From Nemertoderma westbladi (taxonomy: Eukaryota > Animalia > Xenacoelomorpha), in the NCBI GenBank assembly GCA_032718475.1, contig JAUCBJ010008942.1, positions 29,682-93,681 on the forward strand: a stretch of 64,000 bases of DNA, written 5' to 3'. The notes beneath the pieces are model-generated. The model ran no database searches and was not told where the DNA came from. It saw only the letters and a list, made by a program, of their open reading frames with translations. A program made the translations under genes and the position numbers. Positions 38,801 to 50,829 of the stretch are shown in pieces. The number at the start of each line of letters is the position of its first letter. Within the stretch, counting starts at the first letter, position 1.

Positions 38801-40593
38801 TACGAAGCTGAGTTGATCACGGACCCAGTCTATAGCAAGGATAGTCTGGGAAAGGCGCCAAGGGCCGAATACAACAGGCCGAAACCAGAGCACAATGCGG
38901 CAAACGCATTACCAAAACTAAGACAATCCCTACCATACACGGCGACACAGGGGACAGCCAGTCCACGGATAGTTGGGAGTGGGGCCAGACCGTGGCATGA
39001 ACAGGGACAAAATAACAACACGAACAAACATAATCCCAAGACGCCCAGTAGGCCAAACCCAAATAACCAAAACACAAAATCGGTAGACGTGAACTTATGC
39101 GCAATATGCGTAGGGCTGTATAAGGAACGTTACAACCCGGGATACGAATGTCAATTGCATAAAGACGGAACCCATAAGACCATGGACTATAAGCATTGAC
39201 AGGCGTTACCCGAACAAGATCGGAAAGCCTATGCGGATAAGATTGCAGTCTGTCACCGATGCGTGGTAGGAGGACACAAGGTTGAAGAGTGTAAGGAGAC
39301 ACCAATTAAGTTCGGTCAAGGCAAAGGGCAGACAATGGCGACAAGCACCATAGGGGCAAAGAAGAGAGGAACAGTACTACTCGGGGTAGTACCAGTGAGG
39401 GTAATCGGGGAAGGCGATCGATCAGTAACCACACTGATGCTGGTCGACAGTGGAGCAGCCTTCACATTGGTCGAGAATTGGGTGGCCGAAGAGATAGGAT
39501 TGAAAACGAGACCAAGTAGAAGGGCGGTAACAACCATCTCCAGCAAAGATGAGGTCCTGGAGATGAGGACTGGACGGTGCGGGATAGCAGCGATAGCACC
39601 GGGATGCGATTATGGGGCGACGATCGACCCCATCCAGGTGATAGAGTCGATAAATATTAACGCCAGGCGACCAACCAACATCGAGGTCGAACAATATAGG
39701 TTCCTGGACAGTATCGACTTCTCGATACCAGAAGTGGACGTTAGGAAGGTATCCATTATAGTAGGAATGGACTGCCCGACCGCCAACGAGAGAATGCAGA
39801 CGGTCTTCGGGAAGACAAATAGCGTGACCCGGAGGCAATCTTAACACCATTCGGGTGGACGCTAAGTGGCCCAATCAAAACCAAGATACCATTTAGGATG
39901 TTGGAGATATCAGGGTGCATGTTCGCGGGAACTATGCGGGAGATGGAAGACGAAGGAGTGGAGGAGCAGCTCAGGAGACTGTTTAGACAGGATTTTGAGG
40001 GATTGAAAGAGAACGGGGTCGGAACCTCGGTAGAAGATAAGCAGGCTTTACAAAGCGTAAAGGAGTTGATGACATGCGACGAGGGGCGGTATACCATAGG
40101 CATGGTATGGAAACAACCAAAACTACCGTTACCCGACAACAAAGGAATGGTACTCACGAGGCTTCGTAAGTTAAAGCAAACGCTAAAACGGAGCCCCGAA
40201 AAGAATGAGTACATTCATAAGACGATTAGGAAGTATGTCGAGAAAGGATGGGCCGTGGAGTTACCGGTCGACGAACCGAACACGGACAGGACCTACTACC
40301 TACCACTTCACGTGGCTCTAGATCCGAAGAAAGGTAAACTACGGATGGTAGTTGACACATCAGCTAAGACCAACAGCAAATGCCTAAACGATTATCTGTT
40401 AGAGGGTCCCAATATCTACAACTCAGGGATCGAGGTCCTACTCAGATTCAGAAATTGGAAGCACGCCTTCACATGCGACATTGAAGGCATGTTCAACCAA
40501 GTCCGTGTTACGGAGGAGGATAGTGATGGCCAGCGCTTCCTATGGTACAACGGCGATGAGGAACCGTCGACAATAACAACACACAAAATATAA
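35900..40593 (+). pseudogene. gag-pol: A2 gag-protease-RT fragments
   Basis: Glu/Arg coiled coil (36244..37416), Asn-rich tract, 20-aa LVGHVVSRQ repeats, LPIWLRSKW Gag segment, CQLHKDGTH knuckle, LVDSGA protease, and YYLPLH / FTCDIEGMFNQV BEL-type RT truncated before YxDD. Confidence 0.85.
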
Positions 40594-40839
40594 AAAAAAA
40601 AAAAAAATTAATAAAATAAATAAAGAGAAAGAAAAAATAATAGTACGTAGTAGGTACGTAGTAAGTAAGTAGGCAGATAGAAGTTAGTAAGAGATAGTCA
40701 GTAAGAGGGTTTGTAGTACCGGTTAGTAAGGGTTAGTAGAAGTTAGTTAGGGTGTAAGTTGTGTAAGTGTAGTAGTTAATAAGAAGTTAGTAGTAGCAAG
40801 AAGTTAGTAAGTAGTAAGAAGTAAGAGGAAGTTAGTTAG

Positions 40840-41115
40840 AGATCAGGGAGTGTGGTATATAGACATACCACGGGAGTAAGAGGGTACATAGTACCGTTAG
40901 AGTAGAAGCACAGGGAGTGTGGTATAGAGACATGCCCAGGGAGTAAGAGGGTACGTAGTACCGTTAGAGTAGAAGCACAGGGAGTGTGGTATAGAGACAT
41001 ACCACGGGAGTAAGAGGGTACGTGGTACCGAGAGAGTTAGAGATTAAAAAAATCAGGGAGTGTGGTATAGAGACATACCACGGGAGTAACAGGGTACATA
41101 GTACCGTTAGAGGTA
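40840..41115 (+). repeat. ~66-76 bp tandem repeat, 4 copies, each with two short stem-loops
   Basis: Unit CAGGGAGTGTGGTATAGAGACATACCACGGGAGTAAGAGGGTACRTAGTACCG. Confidence 0.85.
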
Positions 41116-42201
41116 GAGAGTTAGTTTGAGTTAGTAGAATTAGTGAAGTTAATAGTTAGTAAGAAGTTAGCAAGAGAGTTACGTAGTAAGAAGTAAGTAG
41201 AGAGGTAAGTACAAAATGACAGCACAGAACAGGGGCAAATAGAGATAAAATAAAACAAAATTAAAATAAAATTAAGAATAATCAGGATCACCTCCGAACT
41301 ACAGAAGAGCATTCAAGGTGGCCTTCGAAGGTCTGGTAGACCACCCGGGGCTGAAGGGCGAGTCGGTGTAATACAACAGCCGGCATCTAGTAGACAGGGA
41401 GGTGGATACACATAACAAAGGTGGGAAAGTTGGAAGCGGATAGACTTGATGGGAAGCGACTGGAAGAAGTCACCAGGCGAGAAAGGCGGAGAGAGAGTAG
41501 TGAGTAATAGGAATGAAACGCGTTATGTAAACGAGCACATAATATAATATATATAATGAAAATAATTATAATCTTATAATAATTATATAATAATTTGTAT
41601 ATATATTATACAGTATGTACCCTAGTCAAGTACAGCCTTTCCAATTAGCTACTTACTGGGACTGGGGATTAATTGACTAGGGCAACAGGACGGGACTTGG
41701 ATGGCTCCCACTTACATGAGCGCTCATTTGTGGGGCCCGATAAGCATGCAAGGGATGAAAGCGAGAAGAGGAATCGGGGGGAAGAACAGAGAGCAGGTTT
41801 TTTTGACAGGATGAGGGAACGTGAGAGGAGTGTAATTCAAGTGTGGGGGGGGGGGAGGAGTAAGAGGCAGAGTGAGGGACAAGGGGGTCCGAGAGTTAGA
41901 GTGGAGGGAAAACTAGAATCAGTTAGAACGGAGTTAGAGTGGAGAGAGTGTTGGGAAACAAAAATTGTGTGAGAGAAACCCACAATTGGCCCGACACGGG
42001 ACATCAGATGTCTTGGTGAAAGATAGATAAAGTTGCACCAAGAGAGGGTAGCGATATCATGCCCATAGGGAGCAGCCGGGAAAGCCGGCTCCGAGAAAAA
42101 TAACTCCACCCCACACCCGATAGTAGATCGGATTCCAGCGGAATTGAAGCACACTTGAGGTGGATGCTATCTTCTCACCGGGAAGATAGCATGGGGGGGA
42201 G

Positions 42202-42781
42202 TGTTAGCGGATTCAATTCCGCTAACCACCCCATAAAGTTGGGAAACGGCACCTTTAAGCAATATTGGGGAATACGAGATTGATTACCAATCAACCTCGT
42301 ATCACCCCCAATAAACGGGGACGACAAACCCCAAAGGGCCGCACACAAAGGGAGGTCAGAGGTTAAACCTCCGGGAGGGGAAAGTAACAGCAGTGGGGGG
42401 GGGGGAAACAATCCCACAGAGTCGAGGGCGAGAATTAGGTTATTGGCCAATGGGAGCCAAGAAACGCATCCGCTGGGTACAATGGCCATAGGTAATGTAG
42501 ATATATAATATTACCGGTTAGTGCCCAACATTCAGTTTACTCAGTCATCAGGTGCAGTACGGTGACATTCCGCACCGTCACCGTCACTACAGTACAAACA
42601 ACATATTGTATTTACCGGTACTCAGTTATCTCATTATATCACCATTCAATTATCTATCAACTGTGCTGTGATATTATGTTATAACAACTCGAACGATAAC
42701 AACCACCATCTTTACTTCTTCTCATCAACACGGTGACGCGTAGCGAAACAAAACCAGTCTGGATCCACTGATCCCGTCACA
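42202..42781 (+). repeat. 3' LTR of A2
   Basis: Direct repeat of 35283-35868 with scattered differences. Confidence 0.92.
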
Positions 42782-45182
42782 CGCATCGTAATGGTACGTA
42801 TATGGACTTCTTAACTACTGGTCATTTGTGGTCATCCTATCGATTTACATGATACGGACGATGTAGACACCGAAAGGGAAATGATTCTATTTAAATATCA
42901 TGCTCAGCGGAGTCGGAATGATAAACTGAGAATTGAACATGAAAATTCTATTCGAAACCAACTCTAAAGAGAAGATGTTGAAGAACCGGATAAACGTAAT
43001 GACTTCAACGAATATTTAGAATTCTTGAGAGAAACTTATCTCAATGTGGCTAGTCAACAAAATCTAGAAACTCGATATCCTCAAGGTATACATCATAACC
43101 CTACGGTAGAACTCATACGACTCTATTGTACTATGATGTATCTTACCGCCGATCGACCGCTACCTGTTGTACTGGATAGCTTCGAATAGATGGAGGAATA
43201 TTGAAAAACTGGAGAAAGATCACCAGCGTTTCCCTTACAAGACGTGCGTCTTTGCTATTACTGCGATGAATGCCCTAGACCCAATCAACAAATGGAAAGA
43301 CATAAAAATCCGCGGAGACGTTGCGCTAAACACAGTGTTACTAGCTATACTTATGGGAGTTTTGAGCGAAACTTATTCGATGTATCACCTACGCTCGCTC
43401 GACTCAAACGATCCTTGAATAAACCTATGATCAGAGTTCCGGAATACTCGGTCAGACCTCCTCATTCCCTGGTGCGACCTCAGACTCTTGATCCTAATAG
43501 TGTGATGGATCCTCCTGAATTGTACTCATTGTTCAAAGATCTAGTATTAATAATAACATATTTGAATGTCCTCATCAGAGAAATCGTTAATCGAGTTTCA
43601 TTGCTAACTTTACAAGGTTAGCAATTTATACCCCTGGAGCCGGACCTCCTAAAAAGATCTAGTATTACCCGAACAATTATACGGTGGCACTCCGGTTGTG
43701 GGCTCTCTAGATATTTGCCCATCCTACCTAGCCGGATTGGGACGCGGACATCTAATATCTCGGTTCAACCCATATAATCGTCCCGGTTTAACTCCGATAC
43801 AAACTGTAACTGAGGTGGAGGAAAGCTTTGTACGAAATGCGCTAGACGCTATTCGGCAAAAGATCGGAAAAGGAACCTACGATTATTTAGACAAACGTAA
43901 ATTGCAACAACAAGTCCAAGCGGTAAAAGAATTAGCTTTACCCCAGTTCGATCGTGAAATCCAGAATTTTGAGGAAGATATCGAACTTGGACGAACATAC
44001 TCTCTACAAGAGTTCTTGGACGAACGCTTCCAATGACAAGCGGAGGAGAATCAGCTCGAAGAGAAACATATCAAAATGGATGATGGAGAATAAGCAGCTT
44101 TAGCCCAACCGGAAGCTCAAATCCTTATGACTGATCTCTATTCCAAAACCATCATTCATCCTTCGATGGTTCCCCATTTCGGAGATAAACTCTTCGCCAC
44201 AGCACAACCCCAACTGGTTGATATAAACTCAAGATCTAGAGATCTTATCGCTGATGCTCCTATGCTACAACGTCCACCAATCGAGGCTGCTCGTGTCGAC
44301 GGTATACTCGTTGAACCTCCGGACAATCGAGAGGATCTCGTCCGTCGTCTGGTACACGAGGTCAACCTATGCGCTAGACCTTTACCGAAATCTTTTATGG
44401 GATCAAAGATCATCCATATTATGTCAATTTAACTCACTATTATATGGTGAAACCGGAAGATCCTAGACACAGTTTAAAGTTTCTACCTTTGATAAATCCC
44501 CGCGATCTTGTTGAACTCAAACAACTACAGAAACATTTAGATCAATTGGTTAAAGTAAACTCATTCAGAAAACCTTATAATGTTTCAAGAATAGAAAAGG
44601 ACATAATACCTCCGTATAATCTTGATGGATTCATTAAAACTCGATTAGTCCATTGGAGTTTATATGTATTGTTTGAGGAAGAAAGAATACGGTGACTTGT
44701 TCTTAAACTCGCATCCTGGGTTACAAGAAATTCATAGACGACCATATGAATATAAAGCCAGAGAACGCGAATTAGAGAGAACAATCAAACCGCGGAAATT
44801 TCTCACTACACACGGTCAACCTACCGCTGTCGTACAAACGACCCATCAAGGACCGGTAAGAGCTGCCGTCCTGAAACGAGCTCTAAAGGTTGTTCGCCCT
44901 CATTCCACCGATGTTGATATCGATCAACCGGGTACCTCGACCGGCGGATACACCGACCGTAACCCAAAACCTTCTGATGCAATCGTATTGCACCCTTCCC
45001 CCAGGAGTTATAGCCCTCCTAGTAAAGTGGCTCGCCCCAAAGAGAAAAAGACTCTTACTAGTCTCAAAAAACTTCGTAAACGCCGTTCACAAAAGAAGGA
45101 CTGATAGTTTAGAGTATTTTTGTATTTTAGAAACTGTAATTTTTCATATTTTATAGACTTAAATCCCATTTTCTGGGAGCGA

Positions 45183-46329
45183 TGTAAAATCTTTTGCAGA
45201 CATAACAAGTCATTTTTACGCAATGCGCAGAATACTCTAAAATAGCCCTAAAATTGTTCAACTATGCATCGGAAAGAAATTAGAACCAAGATGACGAAAT
45301 CTGTCAGCTGATTCTTTGTGTACGTGTACGTCTCTTTGTTCAAGCTTATTCAGCCAATCAGAGCAATCTTCCCAGTTATGCCAGTAGAGACCTACCTGAG
45401 GAAACTAGCGCAATGCATTATGGTTATCTTTTTTCTGAGAATTAGATTCATCTCAGAATTCTGTACTAAGTATGGTCGTTTCAGACTTTGGCCCAAGAAC
45501 ATCTGATGGCCTTAGTTATAAGAACGTAAATCTATTAACTGAACATGGACTTAATCACCGCATTTCACTCATCTCATCTCCTCAATACGACGCATTGCAC
45601 CAAACTGAACTTCATGAACACATACTGACTGTTCACCGCACTGTTTTACTGCTGTTTTATATTGTGTTAATTGTTGTTTATATTAATGGATGTTATATTT
45701 GGAGAATACAGATAAATAATCATAAACCCCATCAATCTTCTTGATTACTGAGGTAAGCGGAGAAAGAGTCTACCGGTAGCAACCCTGCTACCTTATAGTG
45801 GTTTTGTGTGAATTAAATGCTATTTCATAATCCCTACGTGTGTCAGTTGCAATCCTCCTTATATATGATCAAAATCAGTGACGGTCGGCAAATTAGTGCA
45901 AATTAGTGTGAAGTAGTGTGAAGTCGTGTGAAGTCGTGTGAAGGTTAATAAAGCATCTCCTAAAGAATGCGCTATTTACGAAACTCTGTGGCCATCTAGT
46001 TGTGATTAGTGTAAGTCATAACTCTGTTTTTATACTTAAAGCGCCGCGTCCCAAAGGAACTGTTAATATTCCCCCGAAAATAAATATAGTTGTCAGAGAT
46101 TATATATAGTAGCGATCAATCGAATAATACAAAGTAGCTTACACCGCAATACTTCCTAAGGAACCCGAATCTAGTCTCCCACACCGTGGGTCATATGCCG
46201 CGCACGGACTGGCTTCGGCAGATGTAACTTAAGTACACCAGGTAATTGGTAAGGGCTAAAGTCGATTCATAATCAAAAGGACATTTAAAATTGGCAGGTT
46301 AAACTGCTAAAGGTCTGAAAGCGCGAACA
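45183..46329 (+). repeat. 3' LTR of B2 (diverged from the B1 LTRs)
   Basis: TGTAAAA...GCGCGAACA; preceded by CCCATTTTCTGGGAGCGA as in B1; blocks such as GGCAGGTTAAACTGCTAAAGGTC match the B1 LTR. Confidence 0.88.
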
Positions 46330-46469
46330 ATTACTAAAAAGAAGAGTATTAAATAGCAAAAAATATTACCATGACAACAGGTTAATTATTGTTCCCCATT
46401 TGGAAAAATCATCTAACATAAATGCAATAATTTTTATTGTTTAAATCCGTTTAAATCCATTTTTTGTCC

Positions 46470-46666
46470 TTTTTTTTACTTTTTATGTCCCCCAGAAATC
46501 TACCGTTAGGTTCCATGCTACCGGTTTCTCTACTGCTATTCTCTCAGGCTATCAGTACCGGTATTAGTTTTTTTTTCACTTTTTATGTCCTCCAGAAATT
46601 TACCGTTAGGTTCCATGCTACCGGTTTCTCTACTGCTGTTCTCTCAGGCTATCAGTACCGGTATTA
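46470..46666. repeat. ~100-bp tandem duplication
   Basis: ACTTTTTATGTCC...GGCTATCAGTACCGGTATTA occurs twice. Confidence 0.85.
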
Positions 46667-46827
46667 ATATATAGAGCACTATTTTGTAGTATATTGCATG
46701 TACAGATGTAGGTATAAAGCAGGTATTTTAGGTATTTTAGTACCGGTACCGGCACCGGTACTGCTGTGTAGGCCTACTGTGTAGCCTACCATTTAAATAC
46801 GGTACTGGTAGGCCTACCGGCTGACCG

Positions 46828-47850
46828 GTTGTTTTGGTTAGAAAATCCTGCCTCTGTAACCTGCTCCTTTCCCTGATTTGGTAAAGTTACCGTTTATTGT
46901 TTTGGTTAGAAAGGCCCGCCTCTGTAACCTGCTCCTTTCCTTCATTTAGTAAAATGACTGTTTATTGTTTTAGTTAGAAAATCCCGCCTCTGTAACCAGC
47001 CCCTTTCCCTCAATTAGTTGAATTATCGTTTATTGTTTTGGTTAGAAAGTCCCGTCTCTGTAACCTGCTCCTTTCCCTGATTTGGTAAAGTGACCGTTTA
47101 TTGTTTTGGTTAGAAAGGCCCGCCTCTGTAACCTGCTCCTTTCCTTCATTTAGTAAAGTGACTGTGTATTGTTTTGGTTACAAAATCCCGCCTCCGTATC
47201 CTGCCCCTTTCCCTCAATTAGTTAAATGATCGTTTATTGTTTTGGTAAGAAAATTCCGCCTCTGTAACCTGCCCCTTTCCTTCAATTAGTTAAGTGATCG
47301 TTTATTGTTTTGGTTAGAAAATCCCGCCTCTGTAACCTGCTCCTTTCCCTCAATTAGTTAAGTGATCGTTTATTGTTTTGGTTAGAAAATCCCGCCTCTG
47401 TAACCTGCTCCTTTCCCTCAATTAGTTAAGTGATCGTTTATTGTTTTGGTTAGAAATTATCGTCTGTGTAACCTGCTCCTTTCCCTGATTTGGTAAAGTG
47501 ACTGTTTATTGTTTTGGTTAGAATAACCCGCCTATGTAACCTGCTCCTTTATCTCAATTGGTAATGTTATCGTTTATTGTTTTGGTTAGAAAATCCCGTC
47601 TCTGTAACCTGCTCTTTTCCCTGATTTGGTAAAGTGACTGCTTATTGTTTTGCTTATTGTTTCGCCTATGTAACCCGCTCCTTTTCCTCAATTAGTTAAA
47701 TGATCGTTTATTGTTTTGGTTAGAAAGGCCCGCCTCTGTAACCTGCTCCTTTCCTTCATTTGGTAAAGTGACTGTTTATTGTTTTGGTTAGAAAATCCGG
47801 CCTTAACCTGCTCCTTTCCATCAATTGGTAATTGTTTTTGGCTATAAAAT
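46828..47850. repeat. 68-bp minisatellite, ~15 copies
   Basis: Unit TTATTGTTTTGGTTAGAAAATCCCGCCTCTGTAACCTGCTCCTTTCCCTCAATTAGTTAAGTGATCGT; period 68 measured at 47341/47409; ~7 further copies at 57836-58320. Confidence 0.92.
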
Positions 47851-50829
47851 GAGTGTTTTGCTACGTCATGTGGTAATCGATTATCGACAACAACCACAAA
47901 CTACAGTATTAAATTTAGAGTCTATTACCACAGGCGCATATGGAAATCTATCTCATAGTCTATAAATCATGGAATCATGGAATGTTTTGGCACAGGCATA
48001 GTGAAACCAACTGTCTGACAGTCCAGAAATTAGCAGTCTGACAGTTTGAAGAAATACATACATAAAAAGTCATTAAAAGGACAACAAAACTCATTAAAGG
48101 GGCAACAAAAGTCATTATGCAGAATTCGTAAAAAAAGCTAGATAAAAAAAGTCAAATAAAAGGACATAAAAAATCACTGCCTAACATAAATAACTAGGCC
48201 CTATACGCATAAATATATTATCTCTTAGACCCTCTTGATCTCTAGTAGTGGACCAATTTAAATGGACCTGTGGTAGTCCTGTAACCATGGTCACAAGTCA
48301 CTAAATATATTCTGCCAAATTTAATAGACGTAATATCTAAAAAAAGTTCCATTCTGGATCTAGTGTCTTACATGTTGCCAAGTACGGATAATTAATTCCG
48401 ACCATTCAAGTTTGCCTCTGTTGCCAAGGCAACCGATAATATTTGGAATGTGGACAACTTGACAACAATATGAACACTGCAGTATATAGAAACATATTAT
48501 GGACAAAAATTTTAAAATTTATTTATGTTTACTTACTATACTTATCATTGTTCTATTTTTGAGTTACCATGACAACCGCTGAAAACAGATGTTTTTATAC
48601 AAAAATAACTCATTTGGACATAGACTTCCCGATAAGATTTTATGAAACTAGTTATGTGTTTTCTGGACCACTAGTTGGAACTTTTAGTGAAACTCAAAGC
48701 ATTCCCGAAATATCTAATTACCATGGTTACTGTAGTTTAATAAAGTCTATATCATTCAATCTATATTCATAACTCTATTTGTTGCAAAACTGCAATATAT
48801 AGAAACTTAGGGTTTTTCAACTCAATGATAAGGGCAATAGTCGAGCCGATTGAGGTTAATTAGAAAATCCAGTTACCAGGGCAACCAGGCTAAACAGACG
48901 TTTAAATTTATAAAATGATTATTTAAACCATAACATTACGACTTGGTACCAACCCGTTCCCCCACTATATCACTTATTCTCCATCTGAATTACATTGTTC
49001 TATTTCTCAGTTTCCATGACAACCACAGCAAACAGACGATTTAAGAAATTCCACGAAGCTAAGGAAAATCAACTACTTTCGCTAAGAAAGATTTTTCTTA
49101 GCTGAGATGGTCTATTCATAGTGGGCTATTTTACTTGTGTGAGGCAGATTTGGGGTTTTTTAACTCCAGAAAAATCTAGCATTTAAGAGTACCATGAAAT
49201 TTAGCATGTATATACTACTCGTCGAGGCGCATCTTTTGAGATGGGTCTCATATCCAGGAAAAATCTAGTTTCCATGGCAACGGACTTAGAATATAGTCTA
49301 TGTATTTAAGTCAATATTTATAACTCTATTTGGAGGAAAACTATAATAGATATAAACTTGGGGTTTCTCAACACAACTATAAGGTCCATAGCAGAGCCCA
49401 TTGAGGTTAAATAGAAAATCCGGTTACCTTGGCAACCGGGATAAACAGATGTTAAAATTGATCAAATGTTAATTTGAAGACAAAGGACAAGGTGTTATGA
49501 CTTGGGACCAACCCCTACCCCCACTATATAACTTATTCTGCGTCCAAATTTCATTGTTCTATTTTGCAGTTACCATGACAACCGCTGAAAACAGATGTTT
49601 TTATACAAAAATTACTCATTTGGACATAGACTTCGCGATAAAATTTTACGAAACTGGGTATGTGTTATCTGGACCACTCGTTGTAACTTTTAGTGAAACT
49701 CAAAACATTCCAGAAATATCTAGTTACCGTGGTGTCTGGAGTTTATTAAAGTCTATATCATACAAGTCTAAATTCATAACTCTATTTGTAGAAAAACCGC
49801 AATAGATGTGACGGGATCTGCGGATCCCGGTTTATCCGTTGGGTTTTCTATCCACGCGTCCCCGCCGTGTGTGAAAGGTAAAAGAGTTCTGATGTTGGGT
49901 AATATGTATAAAGGTATAATAGTCTGATAGTTGATATAGTATAGTATGACACAACAGGTAATATATAATGGCGGTAGCGGACGGTGACAGAAGTCCCCGT
50001 TCCACCCTACTGATCTGACTGAGTAAACTGAATGAATGATTACAGGTTACTGGTTATATTGCACGGTGGCCTTATTGCTACTCAATCGATGCCTTTCCCC
50101 CCTCTGATTGGTTGATACCCTTGTTGGCACCCCGTGGAGTGTTCCCGTTCACTCCTCCTGTTCTCTCTGGGTTAGGGGTTTGGCCCCTGACCCCTATTGT
50201 GTGTGTCTCCTTTGGGGCCTATTGTCCCCGTTTACTGGGCTGACACGAGGTTGATTGGTAATCAACCTCGTGCTCCCAATATTGCTTTATGGCTCACTCT
50301 ATGGGTTTGTGTTAGCGGAATTGGATAAGCTAACACTCCCCCCCATGCTATCTTCCCGGTGAGAAGATAGCATCCAACTCAAGTGCGCTACAATTCCGCT
50401 GGATCCCGATCTAGCATCGGGTGTGGGGTGGGTATATTTTTTCGGAGTCGGCTTTCCAGGCCGCTCCCTATGGCTATGATGTCACTACCCTCTGGCGTCT
50501 CGTGTCGGGCCGATCGTGCGCTTCTCTCACACAATTTTTGTTTCCCCAACACTCTCACCACTCTACTCCAACTCTCGCATACTCCCGGACCTCCTCGTCC
50601 CACACTCTTCCTCTCACTTCTCCTCCCCCACACTTGAATTGCGCCCACGCTCTCTTCGCACTCCGCACTATTACTCCATCCCTCCTTGACTACCTTATCC
50701 CTTCTGACGAATCTCACCCCCCCTCCGTGCCGTCGCACTCAGGAAATGTGAAATCGTCTGGCGTCTTGTCCCTAGTGCCATAGTCACTTAGCCCCCCAGT
50801 CCCAGTAGCTAATTGAGAAAGGTTGTATG

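Larger units (their letters stand above)
35283..42781 (+). mobile_element. BEL/Pao family A copy A2, internally deleted (gag, protease, N-terminal RT; no RNase H or integrase)
   Basis: LTRs 35283-35868 and 42202-42781; TSD CGCAT at 35278-35282 and 42782-42786; PPT GGGGGGGAG at 42193-42201. Confidence 0.93.
35082..45104 (+). pseudogene. B2 accessory ORF, split by A2 (pieces 35082-35282 and 42787-45104)
   Basis: N-terminal part (TELIEDDLGIRERY...ELDYRKFTARYT|HRNGTYMDF) and C-terminal part (YGDLFLNSHP...KKLRKRR) match the B1 accessory ORF; the centre (~43330-44685) is unrelated to B1. Confidence 0.75.
4491..46329 (+). mobile_element. BEL/Pao family B LTR retrotransposon, copy B2 (degenerate, 5' LTR lost, host of the nest)
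   Basis: 4491-5175 is the reverse-complement homologue of the B1 leader (~21300-21990). The element resumes at 24474 with gag-pol (24654-33362), the 3' region and accessory ORF, and a 3' LTR at 45183-46329. Confidence 0.85.

Noticed and set aside
46828-47850. 68-bp array as CRISPR, or ORF 47688..47897 as a gene
   Set aside because: Head-to-tail minisatellite with no unique spacers; the ORF is a chance frame through repeats.
48569-49805. Similar ORFs MTTAENRCFY... as a gene family
   Set aside because: They arise from a degenerate non-coding repeat and its segmental duplicate; no recognisable domain or splice structure.
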